Made by a program: the position numbers and the translations under genes
Shown: piece after piece, positions 29,235 to 39,837 of the stretch
Layout of the letters: each line of letters opens with the position of its first letter
Position numbering within the stretch: the first letter of the stretch is position 1
Origin: a bacterium
Lineage (GTDB): Bacteria; SAR324; NAC60-12
Direction: 5' to 3'
DNA: 64,000 nucleotides
Assembly (NCBI GenBank): GCA_965209155.1
Contig: OZ242383.1
Span: 736,001 to 800,000 of the forward strand
Notes under the pieces: generated by a model
Told to the model about the DNA's origin: nothing
What the model saw: the letters and a program-made list of their open reading frames with translations, nothing else
The model's database searches: none

Positions 29235-31280
29235 ATGGAGATCGAAGCCTTTCGTCACCAGTATTGCTTTTTTTTCAAGGACGGTAATCTCACCGCAGGA
29301 TGGGTAGAAGGAATTCAGAAGAAAAAGCTCGCCATCATACCTCTGCAAGGGAAAATGCTTTTTCTGCCTCCCCATCGAATCAGTCTCCACTGGCAGGACG
29401 ACTCGTCCACTGATAAGCAATCAGCCCTCCTGCGATTGAAATTCTTGATGGAGCAAATCCAGCAAATCGCAAATAATCTGGATTTGGAAGTGATACACGA
29501 ATTGAGCACTCCCGGAAAGAGTTACTTGCTGGAAGAACTGATTGATGATTTCCTGGACGATCCCGGAGATCGAATGCAGGGAATTGCTTTCTTTTTCGCT
29601 TTACAAAACGATCACCGATTTTTCAAGAGAAAAAAAGACCGTTACACGGCACGCACTGCTGAAGAACTGGCAGAGTTGGACCAAAAACTGGCACAGGAAC
29701 AGAAACAACGAATCTGGGAAGAAAAAGTCCGGCAATGGATTGTAGATTTGCAATCCGAAACCAGGCATGTAGAGTCTTCGGAGGAGGACATCCGGCGATG
29801 CAATAGACATTTCAATGAAGAACAATCGCAATGGCTTCGACAATTGAGATCCATTTTGATTTATGGGAAAAATTCCGGTTACTGGAAATTACTGGCACCC
29901 ATTTTAAATTTGAGCGTGGAATTCAATGATGCGGATGAAAAGAAAATATGTACTTTATTACGACAAGCCGGATGCGCGATTTCAAAAAGTCGACTGATTC
30001 TGCTGAGAGCATCGGTGAGGGAAGAATTTCCGAAAGAAGTATTGGAAGAGGCGGAACGATTGAGCCACCGTTTCGCTTTGTCGGAAGGTGAAAAATTTGA
30101 TGAGCATGCTTTGACCTTCTCCATTGATGCGGAAACCACTAAAGACTATGACGATGCTTTTTCCATTTTGGGATGGACCGACAATCGGGTTGAATTGCTT
30201 ATCCATGTTACCGATCTGTCCGCCATGATTCAACCCAAAGACCCTTTGTTCGAAGAAGCGGAATCTCGCGTTTCTTCCGTCTACACGCTCGATCGGGTGT
30301 TTCCCATGTTTCCACCTTCACTTTCGGAGCATTGTTTTTCTCTTAAAGCGAAAAACGTACGCCGTACAATGAGTTTTCATTTCGATTTGTACGGCAATGG
30401 AGAACGGAATTTCAGGGGAATTTATTTCGACAAGATCCAAGTAGCGAAAAATCTCACTTATGAGCAAGCAGACCATGCCATTGAACGGCAGCAAGGATTT
30501 TGGAAGGCCCTTTCCGATTGTTGCCAGGCATTGCGTCGGGTGCGAATGGAACAAGGAGCACTCGATTTCGTCCGTAATGAAGTGAAGATGGACATCCGCA
30601 TTCCGGAACGAATTCAAATCATCCCAATTGATCGAAATACCCCCGCCCATCATATAGTTGAAGAAATGGCAATATTGGTCAATCGGGAAGTTGGATATTT
30701 TCATCAAAGAAACCAGTGCCCTGCTATCTATCGCGTGCAAGGTCCATATGAAAGGATAGAGACCTTGAAGGAAGGTGAATCGTTGACGCCTCGTCATTTT
30801 ATTATTGAACCTGTCCGCCTTTCCATTCATCCGGAAAGGCATTCGGGATTAGGATGTGATTTTTATATTCAAGCCACTTCGCCTATCCGGCGATTTTCTG
30901 ATTTGGTCACACAATACCAACTCGCTCAATTTCTTCAGCATCATCACATTGTTTTCCAGGAGGAACAATTGATGGGTTGGGCCGAACAAATCCAAAGCAC
31001 GCAAAAATCTTATAATCAGGCCGAACGAGCGATTGAAGATCATTGGAAATTTAAATATCTGGAGCAAAATTCAGGCGCAATCCATATTGCCAGCATCAAA
31101 CGACATCTTCGTGACGGCAGGACGGAAGTGGATTTTGATGAAATTCAATTGACGGCCTGCGTCTCCAGTCTGTCTCAACACGAAGCAGGCGATACGGTAT
31201 TCTTGAAAATAGAAAACGTAAACGTTGAACGACAATTTATCGCCGTCTCCCTTCATTCCCTACAAGCAGGCGTGGAATAG
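29235..31280 (+). CDS. RNB-domain exoribonuclease (RNase II-like)
   Basis: SIDAETTKDYDDAFS, HSGLG..YIQATSPIRRFSDL. Start chosen after the ggaga RBS; a REP remnant at 29161-29185 lies upstream. Confidence 0.88.
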   Translation: MEIEAFRHQYCFFFKDGNLTAGWVEGIQKKKLAIIPLQGKMLFLPPHRISLHWQDDSSTDKQSALLRLKFLMEQIQQIANNLDLEVIHELSTPGKSYLLEELIDDFLDDPGDRMQGIAFFFALQNDHRFFKRKKDRYTARTAEELAELDQKLAQEQKQRIWEEKVRQWIVDLQSETRHVESSEEDIRRCNRHFNEEQSQWLRQLRSILIYGKNSGYWKLLAPILNLSVEFNDADEKKICTLLRQAGCAISKSRLILLRASVREEFPKEVLEEAERLSHRFALSEGEKFDEHALTFSIDAETTKDYDDAFSILGWTDNRVELLIHVTDLSAMIQPKDPLFEEAESRVSSVYTLDRVFPMFPPSLSEHCFSLKAKNVRRTMSFHFDLYGNGERNFRGIYFDKIQVAKNLTYEQADHAIERQQGFWKALSDCCQALRRVRMEQGALDFVRNEVKMDIRIPERIQIIPIDRNTPAHHIVEEMAILVNREVGYFHQRNQCPAIYRVQGPYERIETLKEGESLTPRHFIIEPVRLSIHPERHSGLGCDFYIQATSPIRRFSDLVTQYQLAQFLQHHHIVFQEEQLMGWAEQIQSTQKSYNQAERAIEDHWKFKYLEQNSGAIHIASIKRHLRDGRTEVDFDEIQLTACVSSLSQHEAGDTVFLKIENVNVERQFIAVSLHSLQAGVE

Positions 31281-31423
31281 AGCACAATTTATATCGATAT
31301 CGAAATCCGGTCTATCGAGTTATAAAAAACTTGAGAAGACCAGAATGATCCTGTAAAAATGATAGTTTTACTTATGCTTATTCAGAAAGAGGAGACACTT
31401 TCTTTTGAAGCGAGGGATTGATC

Positions 31424-31558
31424 ATGAAACGTACGTTTCAACCGAATAACAGACGAAGAAAAAGAAAACATGGATTCCGAGCGCGTATGGCGACCCGGCA
31501 AGGACGTGCAATCATCAATCGTCGAAGGGCAAAAGGACGGAAACGACTAGCAGCTTAA
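31424..31558 (+). CDS. rpmH: 50S ribosomal protein L34
   Basis: Manual translation [44 protein letters not shown] (below the ORF-track cutoff). Confidence 0.97.
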   Translation: MKRTFQPNNRRRKRKHGFRARMATRQGRAIINRRRAKGRKRLAA

Positions 31559-31941
31559 TGCGGTGTTATACCTTTCCAAAAAGGAAAAGGCTGAGCAGTA
31601 AGAAAGATATCGATCGTGTCTTTAACAAGGGATTTTTTTTAAGCGCAGGACTGATTCGCGTGAAATATGTTTCATCAGCAGTAAGGCACAATCGATTTTT
31701 AATATCAGTGAGCAGGAAAGCAGGTCATTCTCCACAACGCAATCGAATCAAGCGATTGATTCGCGAAGCAGTCCGCTTGCACAATTCAAAGCTCAAAAGC
31801 AACTACGACGTTTGTCTGTTCGTCACCAAGGCTCCTCGAATTGCGCTCACTTTTTCTTATGTAGAGGACAAGATTGTCCAAATTTTTACTGAATTGAACC
31901 AGCAATCCGAAAGAGCGTCGGACAGTTGCTCGAAAGTTTGA
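31558..31941 (+). CDS. rnpA: Ribonuclease P protein component
   Basis: RNRIKRLIREA motif; follows rpmH. Confidence 0.93.
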   Translation: MRCYTFPKRKRLSSKKDIDRVFNKGFFLSAGLIRVKYVSSAVRHNRFLISVSRKAGHSPQRNRIKRLIREAVRLHNSKLKSNYDVCLFVTKAPRIALTFSYVEDKIVQIFTELNQQSERASDSCSKV

Positions 31942-32054
31942 AAATGCCATTGCATGAACAGCAATTGTTCCGGACACTGATCATCCATAATTGTATCAAT
32001 ATTTCAACCTGCCATAGCACCGGGCAGGAGAATCATTGAATACTTTGGGTTCTT

Positions 32055-32348
32055 ATGCGCAAAATAATTTTTATTTTGATACGTGGTTATCAACGATTCG
32101 TGTCTCCATTACTTCCCCCCTCTTGTAGATTTTATCCCAGCTGTTCTCAGTATGCCTTGGAAGCGTACCAGCGCTTTGGGTTCCTGCAAGCAACTCAATT
32201 GACACTGTTCCGCTTATTAAAATGCCACCCTCTTCACGAAGGTGGATTTGATTCGGTTCCATCTGAACCTCCTGGTTTTCTGTGGTGGAGACGGTCCGTC
32301 GATTCGACTGAGTCGTACATGGTTGATTCCAATGATATAAGAAAATGA
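32055..32348 (+). CDS. yidD: Membrane protein insertion efficiency factor
   Basis: CRFYPSCSQYA, RLLKCHP. Confidence 0.93.
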   Translation: MRKIIFILIRGYQRFVSPLLPPSCRFYPSCSQYALEAYQRFGFLQATQLTLFRLLKCHPLHEGGFDSVPSEPPGFLWWRRSVDSTESYMVDSNDIRK

Positions 32349-34093
32349 TGGACCAAAAAACATTTCTCGCAATCGGTATTTCGATACTTATAATCGTATT
32401 CTGGTCGTGGCTCTTTCCACCGCCCCCTCCCGGGGAGCAGCCTCTTCCAGAAGATACAGTCGTCTCTGGCGAAGATAAAATTTATTCTACGCGCTCCTCA
32501 CGTCTGGACATCGGGGCATCGTTGTCTTCCGATACTCTCCAATCCCACCCTGTGAGTGAGGACATAACGGAAACGGCGAAAGAAATTCTGATCGAGACCG
32601 ATTACTATCGAGCAGTGATTGACACCAGAGGGGGAATTCTCAAAAGCCTGCTGTTGAAGAAACATCAACATTTCAAATCCAGAATCACTCTGGGTAAATG
32701 GATTCCCTTCCTGGCCGGTATTTTGGGAAGCGGCACACCGCAGGTAACAACAGAGGAAAATTTGGTGCAAATGATCAAGAGCGATTTCGTCAGCCTCGTA
32801 CAAACTCTCCAAATTCGCTTTGATGGAGATGAACAACTCTCACAAATCTTCAAAGATGCGGTTTATTCCAGCACGCTCGATGAGATTCAGATTGATGTGG
32901 GTGACGCATCACAGACTTTGGTCCTCCGTTCCCCGATACGGGATGGGATCCAAATTATTAAAACTATCCGATTTCATGCCACGAACTACGTGATTGATTA
33001 TCAAGTGAACGTGATTAATCGCGATGAAGACGCAATTCGTCCTTTGCAGATTCAACACATCTTTGGAGAAGGACACGTTTTTGAACAAGGGATGGGGCAA
33101 GTCAATGCGCATGTCGGTCCCGTTTATGTTTACAACGGGGAACTTGAAACACTCGATGCAAATGATTTGGAGACTGAACCGGGGCGAATTGCTCAAATGG
33201 AATGGCTGGGAATCGAGGATTCCTATTTCATTACTGCAGTCGCGGCTTTGAGTGACGTCCATCAGGGATTTTTTGAAGTCATTCCCTTCAATGGTGAAGA
33301 AGGGAGAGAACTGAAACCGGTTTTTGGAGTGAATTTACCCCCTGTTGATTTGAATCCCGAAAAGCAGGTTCAATCGAATTTTCAAATGTACTTTGGTCCC
33401 AAAGGTGAAAATGAAATGCTCAAATTTGGTCATAATCTCTTTCTTTCTCATGATATGACGCTGGAGGTGCTGGCCAAACCCCTTTTGAAAATTTTAATAT
33501 GGATCCATTCCTATGTGGGCAACTATGGCATCTCGATCATCTTGTTGACGGTTCTGGTGCGAGTGGTGCTTTTTCCCCTTACCTACAAAGGATCAAAGTC
33601 CATGAAACGCATGCAACAGCTTCAACCAAAAATGTTGAAGATTCGTGAAAAATTTAAAGATAAAAAGCAGAAACTGAATGCGGAGATGATGGCGCTTTAT
33701 CGCAAAAATAAAGTCAATCCCTTGGGGGGCTGTTTGCCCATTCTCTTACAACTACCCATTTTCTTTGCCCTGTATAGCGCTTTATCCACTGCAGTAGAAT
33801 TGAGACACGAACCTTTTTTTGCCTGGATTGTCGATCTTTCCGTCCCGGATGGTTTGGGAATCACTCCCCTTCTTATGGGAATCAGCATGTATTTGATTCA
33901 GAAAATGACGCCGACCGGCATGATGGATCCAACTCAGGTAAAAATCATGAGCATGCTGCCCATCATATTTACTGTTTTTACCTTCGCCTTTCCCACGGGA
34001 TTGACCCTGTATTGGGTGACGAGCAACATTTTGTCAATCGGACAACAATATGTGATCAACCGCATCAAGCTGCCTGATCTCGTCGAGGAATGA
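32345..34093 (+). CDS. yidC: Membrane protein insertase YidC
   Basis: GNYGISIILLT, VNPLGGCLPILLQLPIFFALY, GLTLYW. Confidence 0.96.
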   Translation: MMDQKTFLAIGISILIIVFWSWLFPPPPPGEQPLPEDTVVSGEDKIYSTRSSRLDIGASLSSDTLQSHPVSEDITETAKEILIETDYYRAVIDTRGGILKSLLLKKHQHFKSRITLGKWIPFLAGILGSGTPQVTTEENLVQMIKSDFVSLVQTLQIRFDGDEQLSQIFKDAVYSSTLDEIQIDVGDASQTLVLRSPIRDGIQIIKTIRFHATNYVIDYQVNVINRDEDAIRPLQIQHIFGEGHVFEQGMGQVNAHVGPVYVYNGELETLDANDLETEPGRIAQMEWLGIEDSYFITAVAALSDVHQGFFEVIPFNGEEGRELKPVFGVNLPPVDLNPEKQVQSNFQMYFGPKGENEMLKFGHNLFLSHDMTLEVLAKPLLKILIWIHSYVGNYGISIILLTVLVRVVLFPLTYKGSKSMKRMQQLQPKMLKIREKFKDKKQKLNAEMMALYRKNKVNPLGGCLPILLQLPIFFALYSALSTAVELRHEPFFAWIVDLSVPDGLGITPLLMGISMYLIQKMTPTGMMDPTQVKIMSMLPIIFTVFTFAFPTGLTLYWVTSNILSIGQQYVINRIKLPDLVEE

Positions 34094-34120
34094 AATCCGT
34101 GGTCCGGAAGACCGCATCGC

Positions 34121-34684
34121 TTATTTTTGATTGTGAACCAGGGCCATGAATTCGGCACGAACGGTTCCATGGCTGAGAAAACAACCCAACAACGTGCTGG
34201 TCGTCATCAACCCTTCGTGCTTCACACCTCGCATTTCCATACACAAATGGGAGGCTTTGATAATTACCCCAACACCCTGAGGTTGCAGCATTTTCTCCAG
34301 ATACGTGGCTATCTCGCTGGTGAGGTGCTCCTGAACCTGTGGCTTTCTTGCAAAAAAATCCACTGTCCGGGAAAGCTTGGAAAGTCCGCACAACTTCTTG
34401 TTGGGAATATAGGCCACCGTTGCTTCACCAATAAAAGGCAGAAGATGGTGAGCGCAAAGTGACTGGACCGGAATGTGTTGCAAGATGATCATCCCGGGTT
34501 GATCATCCTCTGTCATGGGAAACGTCGTCAAGTGGAAAGACTCTCTCCCCAATCCAACGCATAACTCCTCGGTCCAGGCTTTGGCAATGCGTTCCGGACT
34601 TTTCTTCAAATGTGGACTGTCCAGGTTCATTCCCAACCCTTCCAAAACGAGAGTAAAACCTTCCTTTACTTTTTCATATTCCAT
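34121..34684 (-). CDS. folE: GTP cyclohydrolase I
   Basis: SLCAHHLLPF, GLSKLSR, QVQE, HLCMEMRGV; start chosen at ATG 34684. Confidence 0.92.
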   Translation of the reverse strand: MEYEKVKEGFTLVLEGLGMNLDSPHLKKSPERIAKAWTEELCVGLGRESFHLTTFPMTEDDQPGMIILQHIPVQSLCAHHLLPFIGEATVAYIPNKKLCGLSKLSRTVDFFARKPQVQEHLTSEIATYLEKMLQPQGVGVIIKASHLCMEMRGVKHEGLMTTSTLLGCFLSHGTVRAEFMALVHNQK

Positions 34685-34796
34685 CGTCACCTTTAAAAAA
34701 AGATCGTGGCTTCGTTCCATCCAGTCGCTGGCGTGCGTTGGTGGATGCTTGCATTTGGGATTGTCGACGTTGCGCGCATTTCTTGGACTGCAATCT

Positions 34797-35513
34797 TCAC
34801 ATGCGACGGCCAAACCAAATCACTTGTCCTACCACGTTTAGATTTTCCAATGATTCTTCGTTGATTATTTGATCTTTGTAGGCAGGATTGTCGCTGTGGA
34901 CCAACAAGGATCCGTCGTACATCCACTGCAGTCTTTTGGCGGTCAATAAATCATCCCACCTCAAAATGTAGATGAAATCTTTTTTCACTCGTGTTTGACA
35001 AAGGTCGATCAAGAGCAAATCCCTGTTTCTGATGGTGGGTTCCATGGAATCTCCATCTGCCGTAACGAGGGCCAGGTTGGGTGATTCCGCTCTCAAGTTA
35101 TTGCGCACCCACTCTTTTTTAAAAGCGAGATAATCCACCACCTGTTCGCTATTGATAATGGCTCCATAGCCGGCACTGGCTTGTACGTCAAAGTGAGGAA
35201 CCATAATGAATTCTTCGGCTATCCGTGAGGCCGAAGCCGCCCTTTGGAATTCTGATTCGTTGTTACCACCTTCCGTTTCATAACGGGCGGAACCGTTTAA
35301 AAATGGTAGACCATCACCCGTTAAAAGCCAGTTGGCGTTGATACCGTATTTTAAGTTTAAGGCTAACAAGTAATCAAAGGTCGGTTTCCCTCTCCCTTTA
35401 CAAATATCCGTGATTTGCGCAGGAGTTTTTCCTGTCCTTTTAGCAAATTTTATCTTGCTGCCTTCAGTATTTTCAATAACGAATTCAAAGCGTTTGGGAA
35501 AATCTTTTTGCAT
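34797..35513 (-). CDS. XRE HTH plus S24 peptidase (CI/LexA-like) regulator
   Basis: N-terminal HTH, NANWLLTGDG, ASAGYG cleavage-type site, GDSMEP (Ser) and AKRL (Lys). Confidence 0.9.
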   Translation of the reverse strand: MQKDFPKRFEFVIENTEGSKIKFAKRTGKTPAQITDICKGRGKPTFDYLLALNLKYGINANWLLTGDGLPFLNGSARYETEGGNNESEFQRAASASRIAEEFIMVPHFDVQASAGYGAIINSEQVVDYLAFKKEWVRNNLRAESPNLALVTADGDSMEPTIRNRDLLLIDLCQTRVKKDFIYILRWDDLLTAKRLQWMYDGSLLVHSDNPAYKDQIINEESLENLNVVGQVIWFGRRM

Positions 35514-35811
35514 TTTTCGTCTCGATTCGGGTTTGATCCACTCTCTTGCTTAAATAATTTATTTATAAATTTTAAACTAAACGAGAAGCTCGATGCAAGT
35601 AAAAAACGAAATAATTTGATTTCGTGCTGGCAAGTGATCGGTTTCCAGGTAGAATATTCCGGGAGATCATTTTAAAATGAAAGAAAGTGAGGATCAACAT
35701 GATTCGGATTGCCGATGCCATATCGCAGTCGATCCGGCGGGATGGGCAATCCCATGTTTAGAGAGAAATGGAGTCTTAAACTCTCGAGTGGAATAAAAGT
35801 AAAGGAATACT

Positions 35812-37626
35812 ATGAATCATCAAGCAGCAAACGCGGTTTATGACGAAAGCAAAGTCAAAACACTCTCGTCATTGGAGCATATTCGACATCGTCCGGGGAT
35901 GTACATTGGTCGTCTCGGCGATGGAGCCCATCCAAATGACGGGATTTATGTGCTCCTCAAAGAAATAGTGGACAATACCATCGATGAACACATCATGGGT
36001 TATGGTAAAAACGTCCACGTTTTCATTGAAAACAAACGAATCCGGGTCCGTGATTTTGGGCGAGGCATTCCCTTGGGAAAAGTGGTGGAATGTGTTTCCG
36101 TCATCAACACAGGCGCAAAATACAACGACGAGGTTTTCCAATTCAGTATCGGATTGAATGGTGTAGGAACGAAGGCTGTTAATGCGCTCGCGCGGATTTT
36201 TAAAATTACTTCCTTTCGGGGAGGGGAGAAGGTGGAAGCGACCTTTCAACAAGGTAAAATCGATCTCCCGGCCCGAAAAAATCAGACTGAGCACCCCGAT
36301 GGTACACTGGTAGAATTTGAACCGGATGAAGAAATTTTCCCCAATTATTCTATCCAGTATGATTATATCAAGCGCTTGCTGAAAAATTATTCCTACCTGA
36401 ACAGCAACCTGACCCTGCACTTGAATCGAGAAAAATTCCGAGCCAAACGAGGATTACTCGATTTGCTCACCGAGGAAGTGGAAGACAGTTGTTTATACGA
36501 GATTATTCATCACAAGGAAGAAAAAATTGAATACGCTCTCACGCATACCAATGACTACGGTGAAAATTATTTCAGCTATGTCAATGGACACTATACCGGT
36601 GATGGTGGCACTCATTTGAGTTCTTTCCGAGAAGGCATTTTAAAAGCCATCAACGAATTCTTCAAAACCAGCTTCCAAGGACCGGATGTACGAGACGGTA
36701 TTGTCGGAGCCGTGTCTGTCCGTATCAAAGAACCGGTTTTTGAATCACAAACCAAAAACAGGCTCGGCAATACGGATATTCGAGGGTGGATCATCGCCAG
36801 TATTAAAAAATCACTGGTGGATTACCTTTACAAAAATCCCGAAGTTGCCGAGAATCTGCGTAATAAGGCGCAATTCAATGAAAGACTGCGCAAAGAACTC
36901 ATGCATGTCAAAAAAGCGGTAAGGGAGCGTGCAAAAAAAACTGCCATGGTGATCCCGAAGTTAAAAGACTGCAAATACTTGCTGGGAAGTAAAGATCCTC
37001 GGGGAGAGGAGAGTATGATTTTTCTCACAGAAGGAGATTCTGCCGGAGGGAGCCTGATCAATTGTCGGGATGTTTTGACACAGGCTGTATTCTGTTTGCG
37101 GGGCAAACCTCTGAACTGCTGGAATCAAGGTCGCGAAGCAATCTATAAAAATGAAGAATTATACAATGTCACCAAAGCCCTGGGCATTGAAGAATCGATC
37201 AGTGGCTTGCGTTACAACAAAGTCATCATCGCGACGGATGCCGATGTCGATGGATTCCATATCCGAAATTTATTGCTCACATTTTTCCTCCATTATTTTG
37301 AAGGATTGGTACTCGATGGTCATGTTTATATTTTGGAAACTCCCTTGTTCCGTGTAAGAAACTTGAAAAAGACCCAATATTGCTACTCTGACCAGGAAAA
37401 GAAAAAAGCGATCGAAAAATTGAAAAACGGCAAACAGTTGGAAGTGACCCGCTTCAAAGGGCTTGGAGAAATATCCCCTCATGAATTCGGCCAATTCATC
37501 GGACCGGACATGCGCTTGATACAAGTGGGAGTGGAACATATCCACGATGTTGGGCAATTATTGAGTTTTTACATGGGAAAAAACACGGAAGAGCGCAAGC
37601 ATTACATTATGGAAAATCTGATTTAA
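35812..37626 (+). CDS. parE: Type IIA topoisomerase (topo IV) subunit B
   Basis: RPGMYIG, EIVDNTIDE, EGDSAGG, LRGKPLN, DADVDG, RFKGLGE. Confidence 0.9.
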   Translation: MNHQAANAVYDESKVKTLSSLEHIRHRPGMYIGRLGDGAHPNDGIYVLLKEIVDNTIDEHIMGYGKNVHVFIENKRIRVRDFGRGIPLGKVVECVSVINTGAKYNDEVFQFSIGLNGVGTKAVNALARIFKITSFRGGEKVEATFQQGKIDLPARKNQTEHPDGTLVEFEPDEEIFPNYSIQYDYIKRLLKNYSYLNSNLTLHLNREKFRAKRGLLDLLTEEVEDSCLYEIIHHKEEKIEYALTHTNDYGENYFSYVNGHYTGDGGTHLSSFREGILKAINEFFKTSFQGPDVRDGIVGAVSVRIKEPVFESQTKNRLGNTDIRGWIIASIKKSLVDYLYKNPEVAENLRNKAQFNERLRKELMHVKKAVRERAKKTAMVIPKLKDCKYLLGSKDPRGEESMIFLTEGDSAGGSLINCRDVLTQAVFCLRGKPLNCWNQGREAIYKNEELYNVTKALGIEESISGLRYNKVIIATDADVDGFHIRNLLLTFFLHYFEGLVLDGHVYILETPLFRVRNLKKTQYCYSDQEKKKAIEKLKNGKQLEVTRFKGLGEISPHEFGQFIGPDMRLIQVGVEHIHDVGQLLSFYMGKNTEERKHYIMENLI

Positions 37627-37637
37627 GAACACCAGGT

Positions 37638-39599
37638 ATGCAATATTTGAAACCGCTGATTGAAAAAAATTTTCTGGAATACGCTTCTTATGTGATCAAA
37701 GATCGCGCCATTCCACATGGCGAAGATGGATTGAAACCCGTCCAACGCCGTATTCTTCATACCATGATGAAGATGGACGACGGCAAATTCAACAAAGTGG
37801 CCAACATCATCGGTGATACCATGAAACTGCATCCACATGGAGACGCCTCCATCAGCGCAGCCTTGGTGGTGATGGCAAACAAGGAATACTTCGTCGAAAG
37901 GCAGGGAAATTTTGGCAATATCTTCACCGGAGATCCTGCCTCGGCAGCACGATATATCGAAGCCCGCTTAACGCCTCTTGCCAAAGAAGTGCTTTTTCAT
38001 CCTGAATTGACGGATATGGAAGACAGCTATGATGGCCGGAACCGGGAACCGGTGGCACTGCCTTGTAAAATTCCCAATACCTTGCTCTTGGGTGCAGAAG
38101 GGATTGCCGTAGGAATGGCTACTTCAATCTTACCGCATAATTTCAATGAGGTGCTGAAAGCGCAAATCGCGTTCTTAAAAAATGAACCGTTTGCGTTATT
38201 TCCTGATTTTTTGACGGGGGGGGTAATGGACGTCAGTCAATATCAGGATGGCAATGGCAAAGTCAGAGTTCGCGCAAGCATCGAGGTGATGGATGAAAAA
38301 ACGGTGCTCATTCGAGATATCCCTTATGGCATGACCACGGAATCCCTCATTGCATCAGTCCAGGAAGCCGCTACCAAGGGGAAGTTGAAAATATCTTCGA
38401 TCAATGACTATACCTCCCAAAAACCGGCGATTGAAATCAAAGCAGCACGCGGGATCAAAGCAGAAAGTCTCTTGAAACCTCTTTACGCCTTCACCCATTG
38501 TGAAGTTTCCATATCGGTTAATTTCCTGGTGATTTTGGAGCACAATCCCGTACAAATGAGTGTCACTTCGTTATTAGAGCGCAACACCAAAAGATTGTTG
38601 AGTCTACTGGAAAAAGAATTGCGCTTGGAACTGAATAAATCCGAGGAGAAATGGCATGCGAAGCAATTGGCGATACTCTTCATCGAACACAAGCTTTACC
38701 AACTCATCGAATCATGTGAGAGTTATGAGGCCGCTGTCACTCGAGTCGGTGAAGCATTGATCCCATTTGAGAAAAATTTCCGACAAACACTCAGAGAGGA
38801 GGATGTAGAAAAACTCTTGAATATCCCCATCAAACGGATTTCAAAATTTGATTTGCAGCGGGATCAAAAAGAGTTGAAAGTCCTGGAAAAAGAAATTCGT
38901 CGTATTCGACGTACCCTCGAGGATATTCCGCAATACGCCATCAAGTATCTCGATACGCTGCTGCAGAAGTATGGCTCTCGATTTCCCCGTTGTACGAAAA
39001 TCGCATCCTTTGAAGAAATCAATCTGAAGGAGTTGGCGCTGACCAACCAAAAGGTAGGATGGCAATCCGACCAAGGGTATTTGGGATCCGAGATCAAAAG
39101 TGACATTCAATTCGTATGTTCTGATTATGACCGTTTGGTCGTTTTTCAAAATGACGGTACCTACCGCGTCATTCGAGTTCCGGAAAAATTATTCATCGGC
39201 ACCAATGTCTGTCTGGTAGCAAAAGTAAACTCCGGAGAAATTTTCAATTTGATTTATTTTGTCGATTCCACAAAAGTTTGCTATGTCAAGCGATTTGTCG
39301 TAAAAGGTTTTATATTGGACAAAGATTACGAACTTTTTCCTAAAAAAAACGGTGCCAAAATCGCCTATCTTGCCCCGGGAAAAGAAAACGCGGTACAAAT
39401 CCAATTTGTTCCTGCTCCCCGTTTGAAAATCCTCAAGGAAGAACTTTATTTTGCAAAGCTGAGCGTCAAGGGAATTGGAGCGAGGGGAAATCGAATTTCC
39501 GCAAAACCAGTACGAAGAATCAAACCGTTGCGGCAGCACAAGAAACGGCACGAAGATTCCGGTATTCTACAACTGGACTTGATGAAAGACCAATCCTGA
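37638..39599 (+). CDS. parC: Type IIA topoisomerase (topo IV) subunit A, short C-terminus
   Basis: DGLKPVQRRI, HPHGD, AARYIEAR (catalytic Tyr), GIAVGMAT; no GyrA box seen. Confidence 0.9.
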   Translation: MQYLKPLIEKNFLEYASYVIKDRAIPHGEDGLKPVQRRILHTMMKMDDGKFNKVANIIGDTMKLHPHGDASISAALVVMANKEYFVERQGNFGNIFTGDPASAARYIEARLTPLAKEVLFHPELTDMEDSYDGRNREPVALPCKIPNTLLLGAEGIAVGMATSILPHNFNEVLKAQIAFLKNEPFALFPDFLTGGVMDVSQYQDGNGKVRVRASIEVMDEKTVLIRDIPYGMTTESLIASVQEAATKGKLKISSINDYTSQKPAIEIKAARGIKAESLLKPLYAFTHCEVSISVNFLVILEHNPVQMSVTSLLERNTKRLLSLLEKELRLELNKSEEKWHAKQLAILFIEHKLYQLIESCESYEAAVTRVGEALIPFEKNFRQTLREEDVEKLLNIPIKRISKFDLQRDQKELKVLEKEIRRIRRTLEDIPQYAIKYLDTLLQKYGSRFPRCTKIASFEEINLKELALTNQKVGWQSDQGYLGSEIKSDIQFVCSDYDRLVVFQNDGTYRVIRVPEKLFIGTNVCLVAKVNSGEIFNLIYFVDSTKVCYVKRFVVKGFILDKDYELFPKKNGAKIAYLAPGKENAVQIQFVPAPRLKILKEELYFAKLSVKGIGARGNRISAKPVRRIKPLRQHKKRHEDSGILQLDLMKDQS

Positions 39600-39837
39600 A
39601 GAGGTTTCTATGGAAATCCAGGCATAAATCTTGGAGATCTTTGATCGGTAGCCCCATTTGCCTCCAACGAAAAAATTCTGAATCTCGCTGATTTAGTTTC
39701 CAACGTCCCTTGTATGACTCCGTTGAGCGCATGGAGAGATCCGCCAGTGACAGACCTTGATTTGAAGTCCATCTCGAGAAACGTCCGCATTGATAGGGAC
39801 GCTGGTATTTTCTAAAAACCTTGCAAAGCGGCAGCTT

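Noticed and set aside
31281..31423. oriC next to rpmH
   Set aside because: No dnaA gene and no cluster of TTATCCACA boxes; the upstream gene is an RNB nuclease.
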